Origin: Bacillus sp. (in: firmicutes)
GTDB lineage: Bacteria > Bacillota > Bacilli > Bacillales > Bacillaceae_J
Direction of reading: 5' to 3'
DNA: 64,000 nucleotides
Assembly: GCA_012842745.1 (NCBI GenBank)
Contig: DUSF01000004.1
Coordinates: forward strand, 12,818 to 76,817
Both the position numbers and the translations under genes were made by a program. Positions 1 through 10,007 of this stretch are shown here, in pieces (positions within the stretch are counted from its first letter, which is position 1; each line of letters starts with the position of its first letter). The notes beneath the pieces were generated by a model. That model was given only the letters and a program-made list of their open reading frames with translations, was not told the origin of the DNA and searched no databases.

Positions 1-1144
1 GAGTATGAAGTGGTCCAAGAGCATTTTCCGGGTTTACTTCTCTTTCCATTACTGATTCATAGTTTAAGACAGGCATACCATACTTTTCGTCAGAAAAATC
101 TTTGTTTTCAATCGCTTTAAACGCTTTTTCAAATGAAAATACTGTCATTGCTGGTGCTAGTTTACCCGATGCGATAAATCTTGTACCATCTGGTGTTACG
201 TCAACACCGTGCGGAGATTTAGCAACTGGTACTAAGTAAATGCCGCCTTTATGCTTGTCAGGGAAGATTACTTTTTGACCATTTACATCTTCATATTGAC
301 CGTCAGCCACCATTTTCTCCAGCTCTTTCCAGTTAAATAACACGATAAAATCACGGTCTGCTTGAGACGCATTAATTTCCAAAGTAGTTGTTGCTTCCTC
401 AGTGTTATAAGTTGTAATTACACCCCAGCCATGCGAAGGACCTTTACCAGCATCTGATAAGTCATAGCTCCATGGTGGAAGTGCCACTTGCCAAGATACT
501 CCAAGTTTCACATTCTGCTCATCAAATTGAACAGCACTCATAACGCCATAATATTTTTCGCTGTACTCATCTAATGATGCATACTCACTGCCTAATGGCA
601 CTGAGAAACGAGTTGGCAAGAACATGTATTCTGTATTTTCGGTAACGAACGCAGCACAGTGCGGTCCACTCGTATTTGGTACATTAATAATATCTTTTAC
701 TGTAAATGTTTTTAAATCCATGACAGCTGCACGACTATTTGCTACGTCTGTTGCAAACATCCATTTGCCGTCGTATATACCTTTTGTTTCAGAAAATGCT
801 GGGTGATGAAGGTCACCCCATGTATATTCACCCATCAGTTTTTTTGATTCTTCAGACCAGCCGTAACCTGTTGCTGAGTCTTGCGAGAACACTGGTACTG
901 TACGAATATGTCTCATCGATGGAACGCCGTAAATGAACATTTGACCTGAGTGTCCACCAGATGCAAATAAATAGTACTCATCATGTTCCCCAAACGGTAC
1001 ATAAACCTTTTCAGCGTTAGATTTTGTTGTTGAAGATGTATTCGCAACTGACCTTGGTCCAACATCAGTCTGTGCGAAGAAAACAGTTGATGCTAATACA
1101 CCTGCAACTAACCCTGTTATCGCGGGAATAATGCCTTTCTTCAT
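1..1144 (-). CDS. nosZ: Nitrous-oxide reductase NosZ, N-terminal ~381 codons (3' end runs off the window)
   Basis: My own minus-strand translation from ATG 1144-1142 gives MKKGIIPAITGLVAGVLAS...VYVPFGEHDEYYLFASGGHSGQMFIYGVPSMRHIRTVPVF...SPHGVDVTPDG, typical of the NosZ propeller domain. AGGAGG lies 8 nt upstream. The signal peptide has no twin-arginine (Sec/clade II type). It is absent from the ORF track because it is open at the window edge. Confidence 0.9.
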   Translation of the reverse strand, partial: MKKGIIPAITGLVAGVLASTVFFAQTDVGPRSVANTSSTTKSNAEKVYVPFGEHDEYYLFASGGHSGQMFIYGVPSMRHIRTVPVFSQDSATGYGWSEESKKLMGEYTWGDLHHPAFSETKGIYDGKWMFATDVANSRAAVMDLKTFTVKDIINVPNTSGPHCAAFVTENTEYMFLPTRFSVPLGSEYASLDEYSEKYYGVMSAVQFDEQNVKLGVSWQVALPPWSYDLSDAGKGPSHGWGVITTYNTEEATTTLEINASQADRDFIVLFNWKELEKMVADGQYEDVNGQKVIFPDKHKGGIYLVPVAKSPHGVDVTPDGTRFIASGKLAPAMTVFSFEKAFKAIENKDFSDEKYGMPVLNYESVMEREVNPENALGPLHT

Positions 1145-1159
1145 AAAACGCACCTCCTA

Positions 1160-1597
1160 TTATTTTTCATTAGCTATTTTTAATGCTTCGACAATCTTAT
1201 TTATTTCATCATCAGACAATGGGTTGCCGCCAATAACAGATGCCATAACCGCAGAAGTCGGCTCTTTTAAGAACTCAGCAATTGGCTTACCGTGCTTACC
1301 TTCAACATTTTCATATGCATGTGATAAGTCTGGACCTGTTGCACCTCCAGTGACACCTAGCTTTTCTATTGAATGGCAGGCAATACAACCTTTTTGATTA
1401 AATATTTCACCCTCTGGAGATGCTGTTGCTTCTGGTGTAGGTGCTGGCTCTGTCTGATCTGCGCCTTGAGTTCCTTGTGACTGTTCAGTAACCCCAGGTG
1501 ATGCACTATCCTTAGGAGCCTTTGATTGACTAAATAAATAACCACCGCCGAAGCCTACTAATGCGAAAACTAAAAATATGATAATTGCATTTTTCAT
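1160..1597 (-). CDS. Membrane-anchored mono-haem c-type cytochrome, co-transcribed with nosZ (likely electron donor)
   Basis: CIACH haem-binding motif. N-terminal TM helix (AIIIFLVFALVGFGGGYLF) followed by a Pro/Thr/Ala/Glu-rich linker. Start moved to Met7, which has a G-rich SD. Its stop is 15 nt before the nosZ start. Confidence 0.8.
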   Translation of the reverse strand: MKNAIIIFLVFALVGFGGGYLFSQSKAPKDSASPGVTEQSQGTQGADQTEPAPTPEATASPEGEIFNQKGCIACHSIEKLGVTGGATGPDLSHAYENVEGKHGKPIAEFLKEPTSAVMASVIGGNPLSDDEINKIVEALKIANEK

Positions 1598-1664
1598 ACC
1601 GTCCCCCCCCTTCAAGTTTTTTCTTGATTACGACTCTATCTTAATTGTACTTACACTAAAAAAA

Positions 1665-1680
1665 CGTGATTAATATCACA
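1665..1680 (-). promoter_or_regulatory. Crp/Fnr-family box (TGTGA-N6-TCACG) upstream of cytochrome c-nosZ
   Basis: The plus strand reads CGTGATTAATATCACA, 9/10 to the Bacillus Fnr consensus TGTGA-N6-TCACA. The centre at 1672.5 is 32 bp from the centre of a TAAGAT -10 hexamer (rc of 1638-1643), which is class II (-41.5) geometry. Confidence 0.5.
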
Positions 1681-1761
1681 TATTCACCAAAATTTCACAA
1701 TCCTCCTTTATTTTTTCACAATTTCTTCACATTTTTGATAAAAACTTCATAGTTTTTACAC

Positions 1762-1791
1762 AAAAAAACTAGTCCCCATTTGGAAACTAGT
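1762..1791 (-). terminator. Rho-independent terminator after sco
   Basis: The minus strand reads ACTAGTTTCC-AAAT-GGGGACTAGT (10-bp stem including 2 G-U pairs) followed by TTTTTTT. It lies 15 nt downstream of the sco stop. Confidence 0.7.
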
Positions 1792-1805
1792 AAGCAATTT
1801 ATCCA

Positions 1806-2396
1806 TTATTTTGTCAGAGCTTTTAAATCAGCAATAATTTCATCGTACTGAACTTGTAATCCGTTGTAACCTTTGACAATGATGCCATCTTCGTTTATTA
1901 AAAATATTTTTGTATCATGAGTAAATTGATCTGTGCCTGGTTCTGCTTCCGCTAATGTTTTAAAGGATTTAGCAATTCTTTTTATATCTTCTCCCGTATA
2001 TCCCGTGAGAAATTGCCAGTTCGAAAGATCAGCCTCAAATTTACTTGCAAATTCTTTTAACGCTTCTGGTGTATCTCTTTCAGGGTCAACGCTGAATGAG
2101 ACAATGTCAACATCTTTAATCTTTGCCTCAGCCATTTGTCGCTGCAATCTCGCCATATTAGCTGTCATTGGTGGGCAAACGCTATTACAGTTTGTAAAGA
2201 CAAAATTCGCAAGCCAGATTTTGCCTTTCATATCCGAGGGGCCAAATTTTTCATTATCTTGATTTATCGCAGAGAAGTCAGCCATCGGCCAATCATATTT
2301 CGCTTGAAATTTAGGCTGGTTACATGCCGTTACTACTAGTAAAGAAAATACTAATAACAAAATTCCAATCTGAGTGCGCCGCTTATTCAAATTCAT
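1806..2396 (-). CDS. SCO1/SenC-family copper chaperone lipoprotein
   Basis: Lipobox LVVTAC. CNSVCP (CxxxCP) copper site plus the downstream conserved His (FTHDTKIFLI). Thioredoxin-like fold family. Confidence 0.85.
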   Translation of the reverse strand: MNLNKRRTQIGILLLVFSLLVVTACNQPKFQAKYDWPMADFSAINQDNEKFGPSDMKGKIWLANFVFTNCNSVCPPMTANMARLQRQMAEAKIKDVDIVSFSVDPERDTPEALKEFASKFEADLSNWQFLTGYTGEDIKRIAKSFKTLAEAEPGTDQFTHDTKIFLINEDGIIVKGYNGLQVQYDEIIADLKALTK

Positions 2397-2590
2397 CGTA
2401 TTCCCCCAACTTTTATTTTATTTTACTTACGCAATAATACTATCAAAATTTCGGAAAATTTAATAGTCACTCGGACATGTTGGCCTAAAGTTCATTCTAC
2501 CCCGTTACTAAAATACTAATTTTAATTAGAAGCATAGAAAGACTTGCCAGTATATAGTAGAATAACCATATAATCATTTAAAGGGGGGAG

Positions 2591-4177
2591 ATGTCGCAAG
2601 CTATGACAAAAAAAATTATACTATTATTTATCTTAACTCTATTTCTAGTTCCATTACCTACGAATGCTGAGCATGTTTATAACGACGAAGATGGTTATCA
2701 TTATTTCTTTGACAAGTCAAGCGGCTTTTATATCCGCTTGGAAAATCCAAGAGAGAATAACATTAGTACAAATGTCATCGACGAATTAACTTTTACCGTT
2801 CTATGGTATGACAAAAAAAACAGCCAGCCAAACTTTAGAAATAGACGAGTTGCATTTGATTATTTCACACTAAATACAAAAGCAAAGCATTTAAAAATTA
2901 CGAAAGACCGATACGACCATGTTTACACTATTCATTCCTTGGACCTAAATCTTAAAGATACAAAAACAGGCGTCAAAATTCCAATCGAAATTAAAAATGA
3001 TGACCCAAAGGACACTTCCTACAGTAATTATCGAGGGGAAAACGGTAAAATTGATATTGAGTTAAACTATTATAATGTCGACCATTCCCAAGCAAAATAT
3101 TACACTGATTTTAAAGCTGGCACAGACATGAAAATGTTCGAAAATAAATTAATGCTGCGCTTCCCTAAAGGGGCCTATATTTCCGATAGTGTTACAGCTG
3201 CTAGAAGTTCATTTAAATCGGTTTTGCTTGACCAAAGAATTGTCGTCGATGTCAAAGAAAAGCCATATCCCTCAGATGACTATGTATTTTTAAGCCAACA
3301 ATTTATTATTGATGATGCTTCTAGAAGCGCCAATGCTAAGCCTAGTACATGGGGTGATATTACGCTTTCCTATGAGGGGTCCGTACCAAAAGCTATGGAG
3401 GGCTATAACCTTGCAGTGCTAAAAAATTATTACGGCAAGTGGGTTCCAATTGGCGGAGTCGTAAACAGTGCAAATAAAACCGTGACCGCTGTTTTCGATG
3501 ATTTTGGTACATATGCAATCGGCTTAGTCTATAAAGATTATGGAGTTAAGCAGAATTGGGCAAAAAAGGAGATTTTAGGTCTAGCATATAAAGGTGTTAT
3601 TCAACCTGAAATTAACTTCAGGGATTCCATCTTATTATCTAATCTAAATAATCCTATTGATAGATTTACTTATACTGTTATTTTGTCTAAAGCTCTTGGA
3701 TTTCAGCCAATGGACTATACCGGTGTCTTTTCAGATGTAAGTGAACTAGATTACGGGCAAAATGAGTTAGGTTATTTAATGGCAGGTGTCATGAATGGGC
3801 TTGTATTTGGAAAGGAAGCAAACGTTCCTGGGTATACAGTTATGGAGCCTACGAAAACACTAACGCGTGAAGAGGCAGTGACATTTCTTGCAAGGGCGAT
3901 AAACCTAAGTTCAAATCAAGGAAAGGGAAAGACTAAAACAAAAACTACGAAAAATAAAAAAGGTGCTGCCGATTCTAATACTCCTAAAGCTCAGCTCAAA
4001 GGCGTATATAAAGATGCCAACAAAATATCTGATTGGGCCGCAGATGCTGTATTGCAAGCAACTAATGAAAAGTTAGTGGATGTACAAGGAGGATATTTCA
4101 ATCCACAAGCGAAACTAACGAATGCGGAAGCAATGTCGATGGTTTACAAATTAATGGAGGCAAAAAGACTAAAATAG
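2591..4177 (+). CDS. Secreted protein with C-terminal S-layer-homology (SLH) repeats; N-terminal domain unknown
   Basis: Signal peptide (ILLFILTLFLVPLPTNA). Three SLH-like segments in the last ~200 aa (WAKKEILGLAYKGVI; ELGYLMAGVMNGLVFG; SDWAADAVLQATNEKLV). The start is ambiguous between ATG 2591 and ATG 2603. Confidence 0.6.
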   Translation: MSQAMTKKIILLFILTLFLVPLPTNAEHVYNDEDGYHYFFDKSSGFYIRLENPRENNISTNVIDELTFTVLWYDKKNSQPNFRNRRVAFDYFTLNTKAKHLKITKDRYDHVYTIHSLDLNLKDTKTGVKIPIEIKNDDPKDTSYSNYRGENGKIDIELNYYNVDHSQAKYYTDFKAGTDMKMFENKLMLRFPKGAYISDSVTAARSSFKSVLLDQRIVVDVKEKPYPSDDYVFLSQQFIIDDASRSANAKPSTWGDITLSYEGSVPKAMEGYNLAVLKNYYGKWVPIGGVVNSANKTVTAVFDDFGTYAIGLVYKDYGVKQNWAKKEILGLAYKGVIQPEINFRDSILLSNLNNPIDRFTYTVILSKALGFQPMDYTGVFSDVSELDYGQNELGYLMAGVMNGLVFGKEANVPGYTVMEPTKTLTREEAVTFLARAINLSSNQGKGKTKTKTTKNKKGAADSNTPKAQLKGVYKDANKISDWAADAVLQATNEKLVDVQGGYFNPQAKLTNAEAMSMVYKLMEAKRLK

Positions 4178-4261
4178 TAGCTGGAAGGTGAAACTATTTT
4201 ATGTTGTAAATCGTCTATTTAAAAGAAAACTAATCATAACAATAAAGGAGATTGTATTATA

Positions 4262-5335
4262 ATGAAAAACTGGAAAAAACCACTTAGCATTTTATCAACA
4301 ACCGCCCTTTTATCTGGAGTACTATTCACTGCAAGTACTGATGCAGCATCAACTATTAAAAAAGTTGATGCACACTATAAAAATATTAAAATCGTTAATA
4401 ACAGCGAAGAGATTAAAGTTGATCCGCTGACAGAACCGTTTATTTTAAATGGTGTAACGTACATTCCACTTAGAATGATGGGAGAATTGTATAACAAAAA
4501 TGTTCAATGGAATGGCACTACAAATACGGTTACGGTTACAGATAAAGCACCGGCTGTTAACCAAAACCAAGCAACAATCGATGTTCTCAATGCCCAAATT
4601 AGTGTTAAAGATGCACAAATTAAATCTAAAGATACACAAATCGCCCAGCTCCAAGCAGAAATAAATAAATTAAAAGAGGAGCAAAAAAATCAAAAAGATG
4701 AAAAGAATCAGAAAGATAGAAGCTTTAGTGATTTAGAAAGGCAGCTAAACAAAGACTATGATGATTATTATCGTGACCTCAGGAATGTTGACATTACATT
4801 AAGCGGCGATTCGAAAAAAACAACCGTCCGGATTGATGTAAACTCAAGCGACTGGAACAATCTCACTAGCACTAAGAAAAAGGACTTCCTTCAAGACATC
4901 ATTGATGATATTGTAGCTGAATACAAAAATACTACTATTACAGGCACTATAAGAGATACTAGAAATGGGAATCAATTATCTACTTTTGATACTGATTCAA
5001 GAAATAATTTGAGACTTACTGAAGGAAAAAGCCTTTATGATTTAGAAAATCAATTAAATAGAGAGTATCGTAATAATAGGGATGTTTCAAATATTGATAT
5101 TATACTAGATGGCAATAAAGATAGAGTTAAATTAACAATTGAAGTGAACGCTACCGATTGGAGTAAACTAAGTTCTAGGGATAAGTCAAAATTCCTGCAA
5201 GACATAGCAGACGATATTTTTTATGAATATAGAAATGCGCTTATCGATGGTGTGATAGAGGATTACAGCAACGGAAAACGATTAAACACATTTTATGCTG
5301 ATGGCGATGGATCAGGGAAAGCGGTCATCAATTAA
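4262..5335 (+). CDS. Secreted protein: copper-amine-oxidase N-terminal-like domain, coiled coil, duplicated C-terminal module
   Basis: Signal peptide. The segment ILNGVTYIPLRMMGELYNKNVQWNGTTNTVTVT is typical of the Cu_amine_oxidN1 domain. A Q/K/E-rich coiled coil follows, then two ~100-aa paralogous modules. Confidence 0.6.
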   Translation: MKNWKKPLSILSTTALLSGVLFTASTDAASTIKKVDAHYKNIKIVNNSEEIKVDPLTEPFILNGVTYIPLRMMGELYNKNVQWNGTTNTVTVTDKAPAVNQNQATIDVLNAQISVKDAQIKSKDTQIAQLQAEINKLKEEQKNQKDEKNQKDRSFSDLERQLNKDYDDYYRDLRNVDITLSGDSKKTTVRIDVNSSDWNNLTSTKKKDFLQDIIDDIVAEYKNTTITGTIRDTRNGNQLSTFDTDSRNNLRLTEGKSLYDLENQLNREYRNNRDVSNIDIILDGNKDRVKLTIEVNATDWSKLSSRDKSKFLQDIADDIFYEYRNALIDGVIEDYSNGKRLNTFYADGDGSGKAVIN

Positions 5336-5351
5336 TTTCATAGTAAGCAAT

Positions 5352-5389
5352 AAAGGGACTAGTCAAATCATAATGACTGTCCCTTTTTA
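5352..5389. terminator. Bidirectional hairpin terminator between convergent genes
   Basis: AAGGGACtAGTC-loop-GACTgTCCCTT, flanked by an A-run and a T-run. Confidence 0.65.
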
Positions 5390-5393
5390 ATAA

Positions 5394-7091
5394 TTACTTC
5401 GTTTTAAATGTTTTGATGTTTTCTTGCAAATCTTTCGCAAGCTTGCTCAACGTTCCTGTAGCGCTGGAAACTTCTTGAATGGATGCGAGCTGTTCATGAA
5501 TATCCGATTTCATCGCCTCTGTTTCATCTGAAGATGCTTTTGCTTGCTTTGACATTTCATCAACCGCAGCGAAAATTTCTTCCGAGCTTGCTGAGAGTTG
5601 TTCAGACGCAGCAGATACCTCCTGTATCTGTGCAGACACGCTTTGAATGGAGGATACTATTCTTTGGAAGGATGCTACAGCTTGATTCAACACATCTTCA
5701 CCAGTTGAAACTTCTTTGGAAACTTTCCCCATTCCCTCGATACCTTCTTCTGTCTCCTCTTGAATTTCATTTAAGACTCCAACGATTTTAATAGCTGATT
5801 GTTTAGACTCTTCGGCAAGTTTTTTTACTTCTGATGCTACAACAGCAAATCCCTTGCCATGCTCTCCTGCACGAGCCGCTTCAATCGCGGCGTTAAGTGC
5901 CAATAAATTTGTTTGTTCAGAAAGCTCAGTAATCGCACCAATGATCGTGCCTATTTCTTTAGTCCTTGTTCCTAAGTTTTGAACGATACCTGTTAAATTG
6001 TTTACAGATTCGGTAATCGACCTCATTTGGGTAATTGCTTTTTGAATAGCCTGATTTCCTTGGTCAGCCTCTTTTGAAGTATCGGCAGAATTCTCTGAAA
6101 CGATTGATGCTGACTGTGCAATGCGCTGAATACCAACCGCTGCCTCTTCAACAGCTGTCGCTGTTTCTCCAGTTACTTGAGCCGTGCTTGTAGACGATGA
6201 GGCAATATTGTCAACGGATGTCACTAATTCCTCAATGTTCCCTCTTGCTTCCTCCATATTATGAAACAGTTGTGTCGATGAAACCGCCACTTTTTCTGAA
6301 TTTATCCGCACTTGTTCTACTAAATTTTTCAAATTATGCTTCATTGTATTAAAAGAATTTGCTAAATCTCCCACTTCATCTTTTACAGTAATGCGGATAT
6401 CTTCTACCGTTAAATCGCCACTAGCAATTTCACTTACTTTACTAGAAACTAATTTGACAGGTTTGATCACTCTTGATTGTTGGAATATATAAATAACGAT
6501 TGCCAATATAATAATAACAGCAATAATAATATAGGAAGCCATTATGTTTTTTTTGCTATGCCCAATTTGTTGTTCAGTTATTTCATTAAGTTTTTTAGCT
6601 ACATTTTCTTCTAAACTAAAATATTGCTCCTTGATTGCTCTCCATTGAGGGGTTTCCTGTTCCTTTAACAAAATAATCGCTTCATCTATTTTTCCTGATG
6701 CAACAAGTTCAATAACTTGTTTTTGGAGTTCAATATCTTTCCTAGTTTCTACACCGATTGCTTGAATTTCGTCGGCCAATCCATAAGAGAATGCCAAACC
6801 TTCTAACACCTTCATATTATCATTACTATCTTGAATGGCCTTTTCAAAGTTCGTCTTAGCAGTTTCATCATTTGGATTCAAAATTACGTTACGAACAGCT
6901 TGTCCACGCTGCAAACCTAATGCATAAATGATTGTTGTTCGGTTTGAAAAATCAGTATGCTGCTTAGCAAATTTTTCAAGTTCAGTTGATGTATTCAGCA
7001 ATGCTTGAAGTAAAAAAAACGTTGATGCCAATGATACTAGAACAAACAAAACTAAAAACAAACTCAACTTTGTCCCTAATTTAAGATTCAT
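5394..7091 (-). CDS. Methyl-accepting chemotaxis protein (4-helix-bundle sensor, HAMP, signalling domain)
   Basis: Conserved signalling hairpin [38 protein letters not shown]. Two TM helices and a HAMP domain. Start moved to Met25 (MNLKLGTK), which has GGAGG 7 nt upstream. Confidence 0.9.
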   Translation of the reverse strand: MNLKLGTKLSLFLVLFVLVSLASTFFLLQALLNTSTELEKFAKQHTDFSNRTTIIYALGLQRGQAVRNVILNPNDETAKTNFEKAIQDSNDNMKVLEGLAFSYGLADEIQAIGVETRKDIELQKQVIELVASGKIDEAIILLKEQETPQWRAIKEQYFSLEENVAKKLNEITEQQIGHSKKNIMASYIIIAVIIILAIVIYIFQQSRVIKPVKLVSSKVSEIASGDLTVEDIRITVKDEVGDLANSFNTMKHNLKNLVEQVRINSEKVAVSSTQLFHNMEEARGNIEELVTSVDNIASSSTSTAQVTGETATAVEEAAVGIQRIAQSASIVSENSADTSKEADQGNQAIQKAITQMRSITESVNNLTGIVQNLGTRTKEIGTIIGAITELSEQTNLLALNAAIEAARAGEHGKGFAVVASEVKKLAEESKQSAIKIVGVLNEIQEETEEGIEGMGKVSKEVSTGEDVLNQAVASFQRIVSSIQSVSAQIQEVSAASEQLSASSEEIFAAVDEMSKQAKASSDETEAMKSDIHEQLASIQEVSSATGTLSKLAKDLQENIKTFKTK

Positions 7092-7342
7092 AAAACTACC
7101 TCCAACGTATTTCCAATATTCATTATATTTTTCAACTATTAAGCAAATGAAACCGCTTGGCACGGTTATCTAATTATACCATTACAGGTAGTACTTTCCA
7201 TACATATAATATTTAAAAATTGAAAAATAAAAAATCGCCTGTATCTTTTTAGATAACAGACGATTTTAAAATACGGGTAAAATTAAGTTTACGCTCCGCA
7301 CATTGACATCACTTTTCATTTTTTCACTCCTTACCGCAATTG

Positions 7343-7486
7343 TTAGTGAACCTCACTTAGCATCTTTTCAATTTGTTCATTTGTTAACCACTCGATAAAT
7401 TGTTTAAAATCAATAATTCTTTCAATTCCATGCTTTTCGCAATTTTTAATATAGTTTGTATATGCCATTTGATACTTATCCATCAT
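7343..7486 (-). CDS. Unlisted 47-aa ORF (MMDKYQMAYTNYIKNCEKHGIERIIDFKQFIEWLTNEQIEKMLSEVH), hypothetical
   Basis: Below the ORF-track size cutoff. AAGGGAG SD lies 5 nt upstream of ATGATG. A hairpin at ~7237-7275 lies downstream. No family recognised. Confidence 0.4.
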   Translation of the reverse strand: MMDKYQMAYTNYIKNCEKHGIERIIDFKQFIEWLTNEQIEKMLSEVH

Positions 7487-7653
7487 ATATCTCCCTTTTC
7501 TGTTTATGTTGTATTATAACAGCGCTTGTTTGTTGTAACTTATTATATAACACAATAAATAAATGGTCAACGATATTTTCCAAATAATTTTGCCATTTTT
7601 ATAATTGATTTTTTATTGTTCATAATAATAGGAATAAGACGAAATATGAAGAG

Positions 7654-8652
7654 GTGTTTAGTTTGCGGAGTCTTTTAGATCAATTTAGGAAAATGCATAT
7701 TGTCATCCGCCTCTTAATGATTATTATCGGCGTTTTCATTGCTTTTGGTAGCGGCATCCACTTTATCGAACCGGAAAGCTTTCCTACTATTTTCGATGGA
7801 GTTTGGTGGGTGATTGTTACTACAGCAACGATTGGTTATGGTGATTTTGTTCCAAAAACCGTTTTGGGCCGAACGTTTGCCATTCTTATAATCTTAATCG
7901 GTGTAGCCTTTGTTACTTATTACATGGCTACTGTTGCTACGACTATTTTCAAAACATTAAATGCCTTACAAGAAGGCAGTGCTACTTATAAAGGAAAGGA
8001 GCATATGATTGTCATCGGTTGGAATGAAAAAGCAAAAAATACAATCCAACATCTTCTGTTAATAAATCCTAATATACATACCGTTTTAATTGATAATTCA
8101 TTAAGTGAGAATCCGTTAGCAAATCGAAATGTCTATTTTGTAAAAGGAAATTCCACAAAAGACGAAACACTAAAACGGGCCAATATTGAAAAGGCTGGAA
8201 CTGTATTAATTACGGCTGACCAGAATTTGAATGAACATGAAGCAGATATGCATTCAATCCTTACATTGCTTGCTGTAAAAGGGCTTAATCCGCTCATCTA
8301 TTGTTTAGTTGAAATATTAACACATGAACAGGTTAATAATGCACAACGGGCAGGGGCTGATGAATTAGTGGAAACATATTTATTATCAAGTAGTATTATG
8401 GTGAACAGCATCCATTCCCATGGATTATCTACACCGATTCAGTCATTATTAAATCTAACAAAAGAAAGACGCATCGCCATGATCACAGCAACAGATGAAC
8501 TTGTGAATCAAACATTCGCCATGGCTGTTGCCTTTTTAATAAAGCAAGGAGTGCTATTAATTGGCATAAAAAAAGGAGAAGAGTTTTTTATATACCCTTC
8601 TCCATCAATCAGAATTGAACAAAAAGATGATTTACTAGTTATCGTTCAATAA
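7654..8652 (+). CDS. yugO: Potassium channel with C-terminal RCK/TrkA-N domain (YugO-like)
   Basis: Selectivity filter TATIGYGD, two TM helices plus a pore helix, and a Rossmann-like [11 protein letters not shown]. It occupies the yugO position next to pgi. The start could be GTG 7654 or TTG 7663. Confidence 0.8.
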   Translation: MFSLRSLLDQFRKMHIVIRLLMIIIGVFIAFGSGIHFIEPESFPTIFDGVWWVIVTTATIGYGDFVPKTVLGRTFAILIILIGVAFVTYYMATVATTIFKTLNALQEGSATYKGKEHMIVIGWNEKAKNTIQHLLLINPNIHTVLIDNSLSENPLANRNVYFVKGNSTKDETLKRANIEKAGTVLITADQNLNEHEADMHSILTLLAVKGLNPLIYCLVEILTHEQVNNAQRAGADELVETYLLSSSIMVNSIHSHGLSTPIQSLLNLTKERRIAMITATDELVNQTFAMAVAFLIKQGVLLIGIKKGEEFFIYPSPSIRIEQKDDLLVIVQ

Positions 8653-9993
8653 ACGTTTTTCTAATTCGGCTTTTTCCTTTTCAAAGCCTGGTTTTCCTAA
8701 TAAGGCAAACATATTTTTCTTATACGCTTCTACCCCAGGCTGGTCAAATGGATTGACACCTAACAGATAGCCACTCATCGCACAAGCTTTTTCAAAGAAA
8801 TAAACGAGATAGCCAAATGTAAATGGATTGACTTCCGGAACCGTAATAATTACATTAGGTACATTTCCGTCAGTATGAGCTAATAGTGTTCCTTGGAACG
8901 CTTTTTTATTAACAAAGTCCATCGTTTTTCCAGCTAAATAATTAAGCCCATCTAAATCCTTTTCTTCCTTCTCGATTTCGATTTGATGTTCAGACTTTTC
9001 TATATATAGTACCGTTTCAAATAAATCACGCCGGCCCTCTTGGACATATTGTCCTAATGAATGTAAGTCCGTTGAAAAATTAGCTGAAGCAGGGAAAATT
9101 CCTTTTTGATTTTTTCCTTCACTTTCGCCAAACAATTGCTTCCACCATTCCGCGAAATATTGGAGGCGTGGTTCATAATTAATTAACATTTCAATTGTCT
9201 TTCCTTTACGATATAAAATATTACGAATGGCTGCATATTGATAAGCAGGGTTTTCCGCTAATTCTGATTGACTTAAATCTTCCCTAGCAACGGCCGCCCC
9301 AGCCATCATTTCTTCAATGTTGACCCCACTAACAGCAATTGGCAAAAGTCCTACAGCAGTTAACACGGAATAGCGTCCGCCAATATCGTCTGGTACTACA
9401 AAAGTTTCATAGCCTTCTTCATCAGCTAATGTTTTTAATGCACCCTTTTGTTTATCAGTTGTTGCATAAATCCGTTTCCGTGCTTCTTCTACCCCATATT
9501 TGTCTTCTATATATTTTTTGAAAATTCTAAAGGCAATTGCTGGTTCCGTTGTAGTTCCTGATTTGGAAATGACATTAATGGAAATCTCTTTACCATCTAA
9601 TAGTTCGATTAAGTCATGAACATAGGTTGAGCTAATATGATTTCCAACAAAAAAGATTTGTGGTGTTTGTCGCTTTTCTTGTGGGAGTTCATTGTAAAAT
9701 GAATGACTTAGCATTTCAATCGCGGCTCTTGCCCCTAGGTAAGAGCCGCCAATTCCAATCACTAGTAAAATATCTGTGTCAGCTTTAATTTTTTCTGCCG
9801 CCTTTTTGATGCGTGCAAATTCATCCTGATTGAAGTCCACTGGCAAATCAACCCATCCTAAAAACTCATTGCCTTGTCCCGTTTTTTCATGAATGGAATG
9901 GTGTGCACATTTTACAAAATCTTTTAAATGATCAAGCTCATGTTCACTTAAAAATGCTAAAGCGTTAGAGTAATCAAAATTCATCTTATTCAT
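8635..9993 (-). CDS. pgi: Glucose-6-phosphate isomerase
   Basis: Full-length match by eye to Bacillus Pgi (FDYSNAL...[14 protein letters not shown]...[14 protein letters not shown]...). Start moved to Met7, which has a G-rich SD. Confidence 0.95.
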   Translation of the reverse strand: MNKMNFDYSNALAFLSEHELDHLKDFVKCAHHSIHEKTGQGNEFLGWVDLPVDFNQDEFARIKKAAEKIKADTDILLVIGIGGSYLGARAAIEMLSHSFYNELPQEKRQTPQIFFVGNHISSTYVHDLIELLDGKEISINVISKSGTTTEPAIAFRIFKKYIEDKYGVEEARKRIYATTDKQKGALKTLADEEGYETFVVPDDIGGRYSVLTAVGLLPIAVSGVNIEEMMAGAAVAREDLSQSELAENPAYQYAAIRNILYRKGKTIEMLINYEPRLQYFAEWWKQLFGESEGKNQKGIFPASANFSTDLHSLGQYVQEGRRDLFETVLYIEKSEHQIEIEKEEKDLDGLNYLAGKTMDFVNKKAFQGTLLAHTDGNVPNVIITVPEVNPFTFGYLVYFFEKACAMSGYLLGVNPFDQPGVEAYKKNMFALLGKPGFEKEKAELEKRLLNDN

Positions 9994-10007
9994 CTCTATA
10001 ACCCCCA

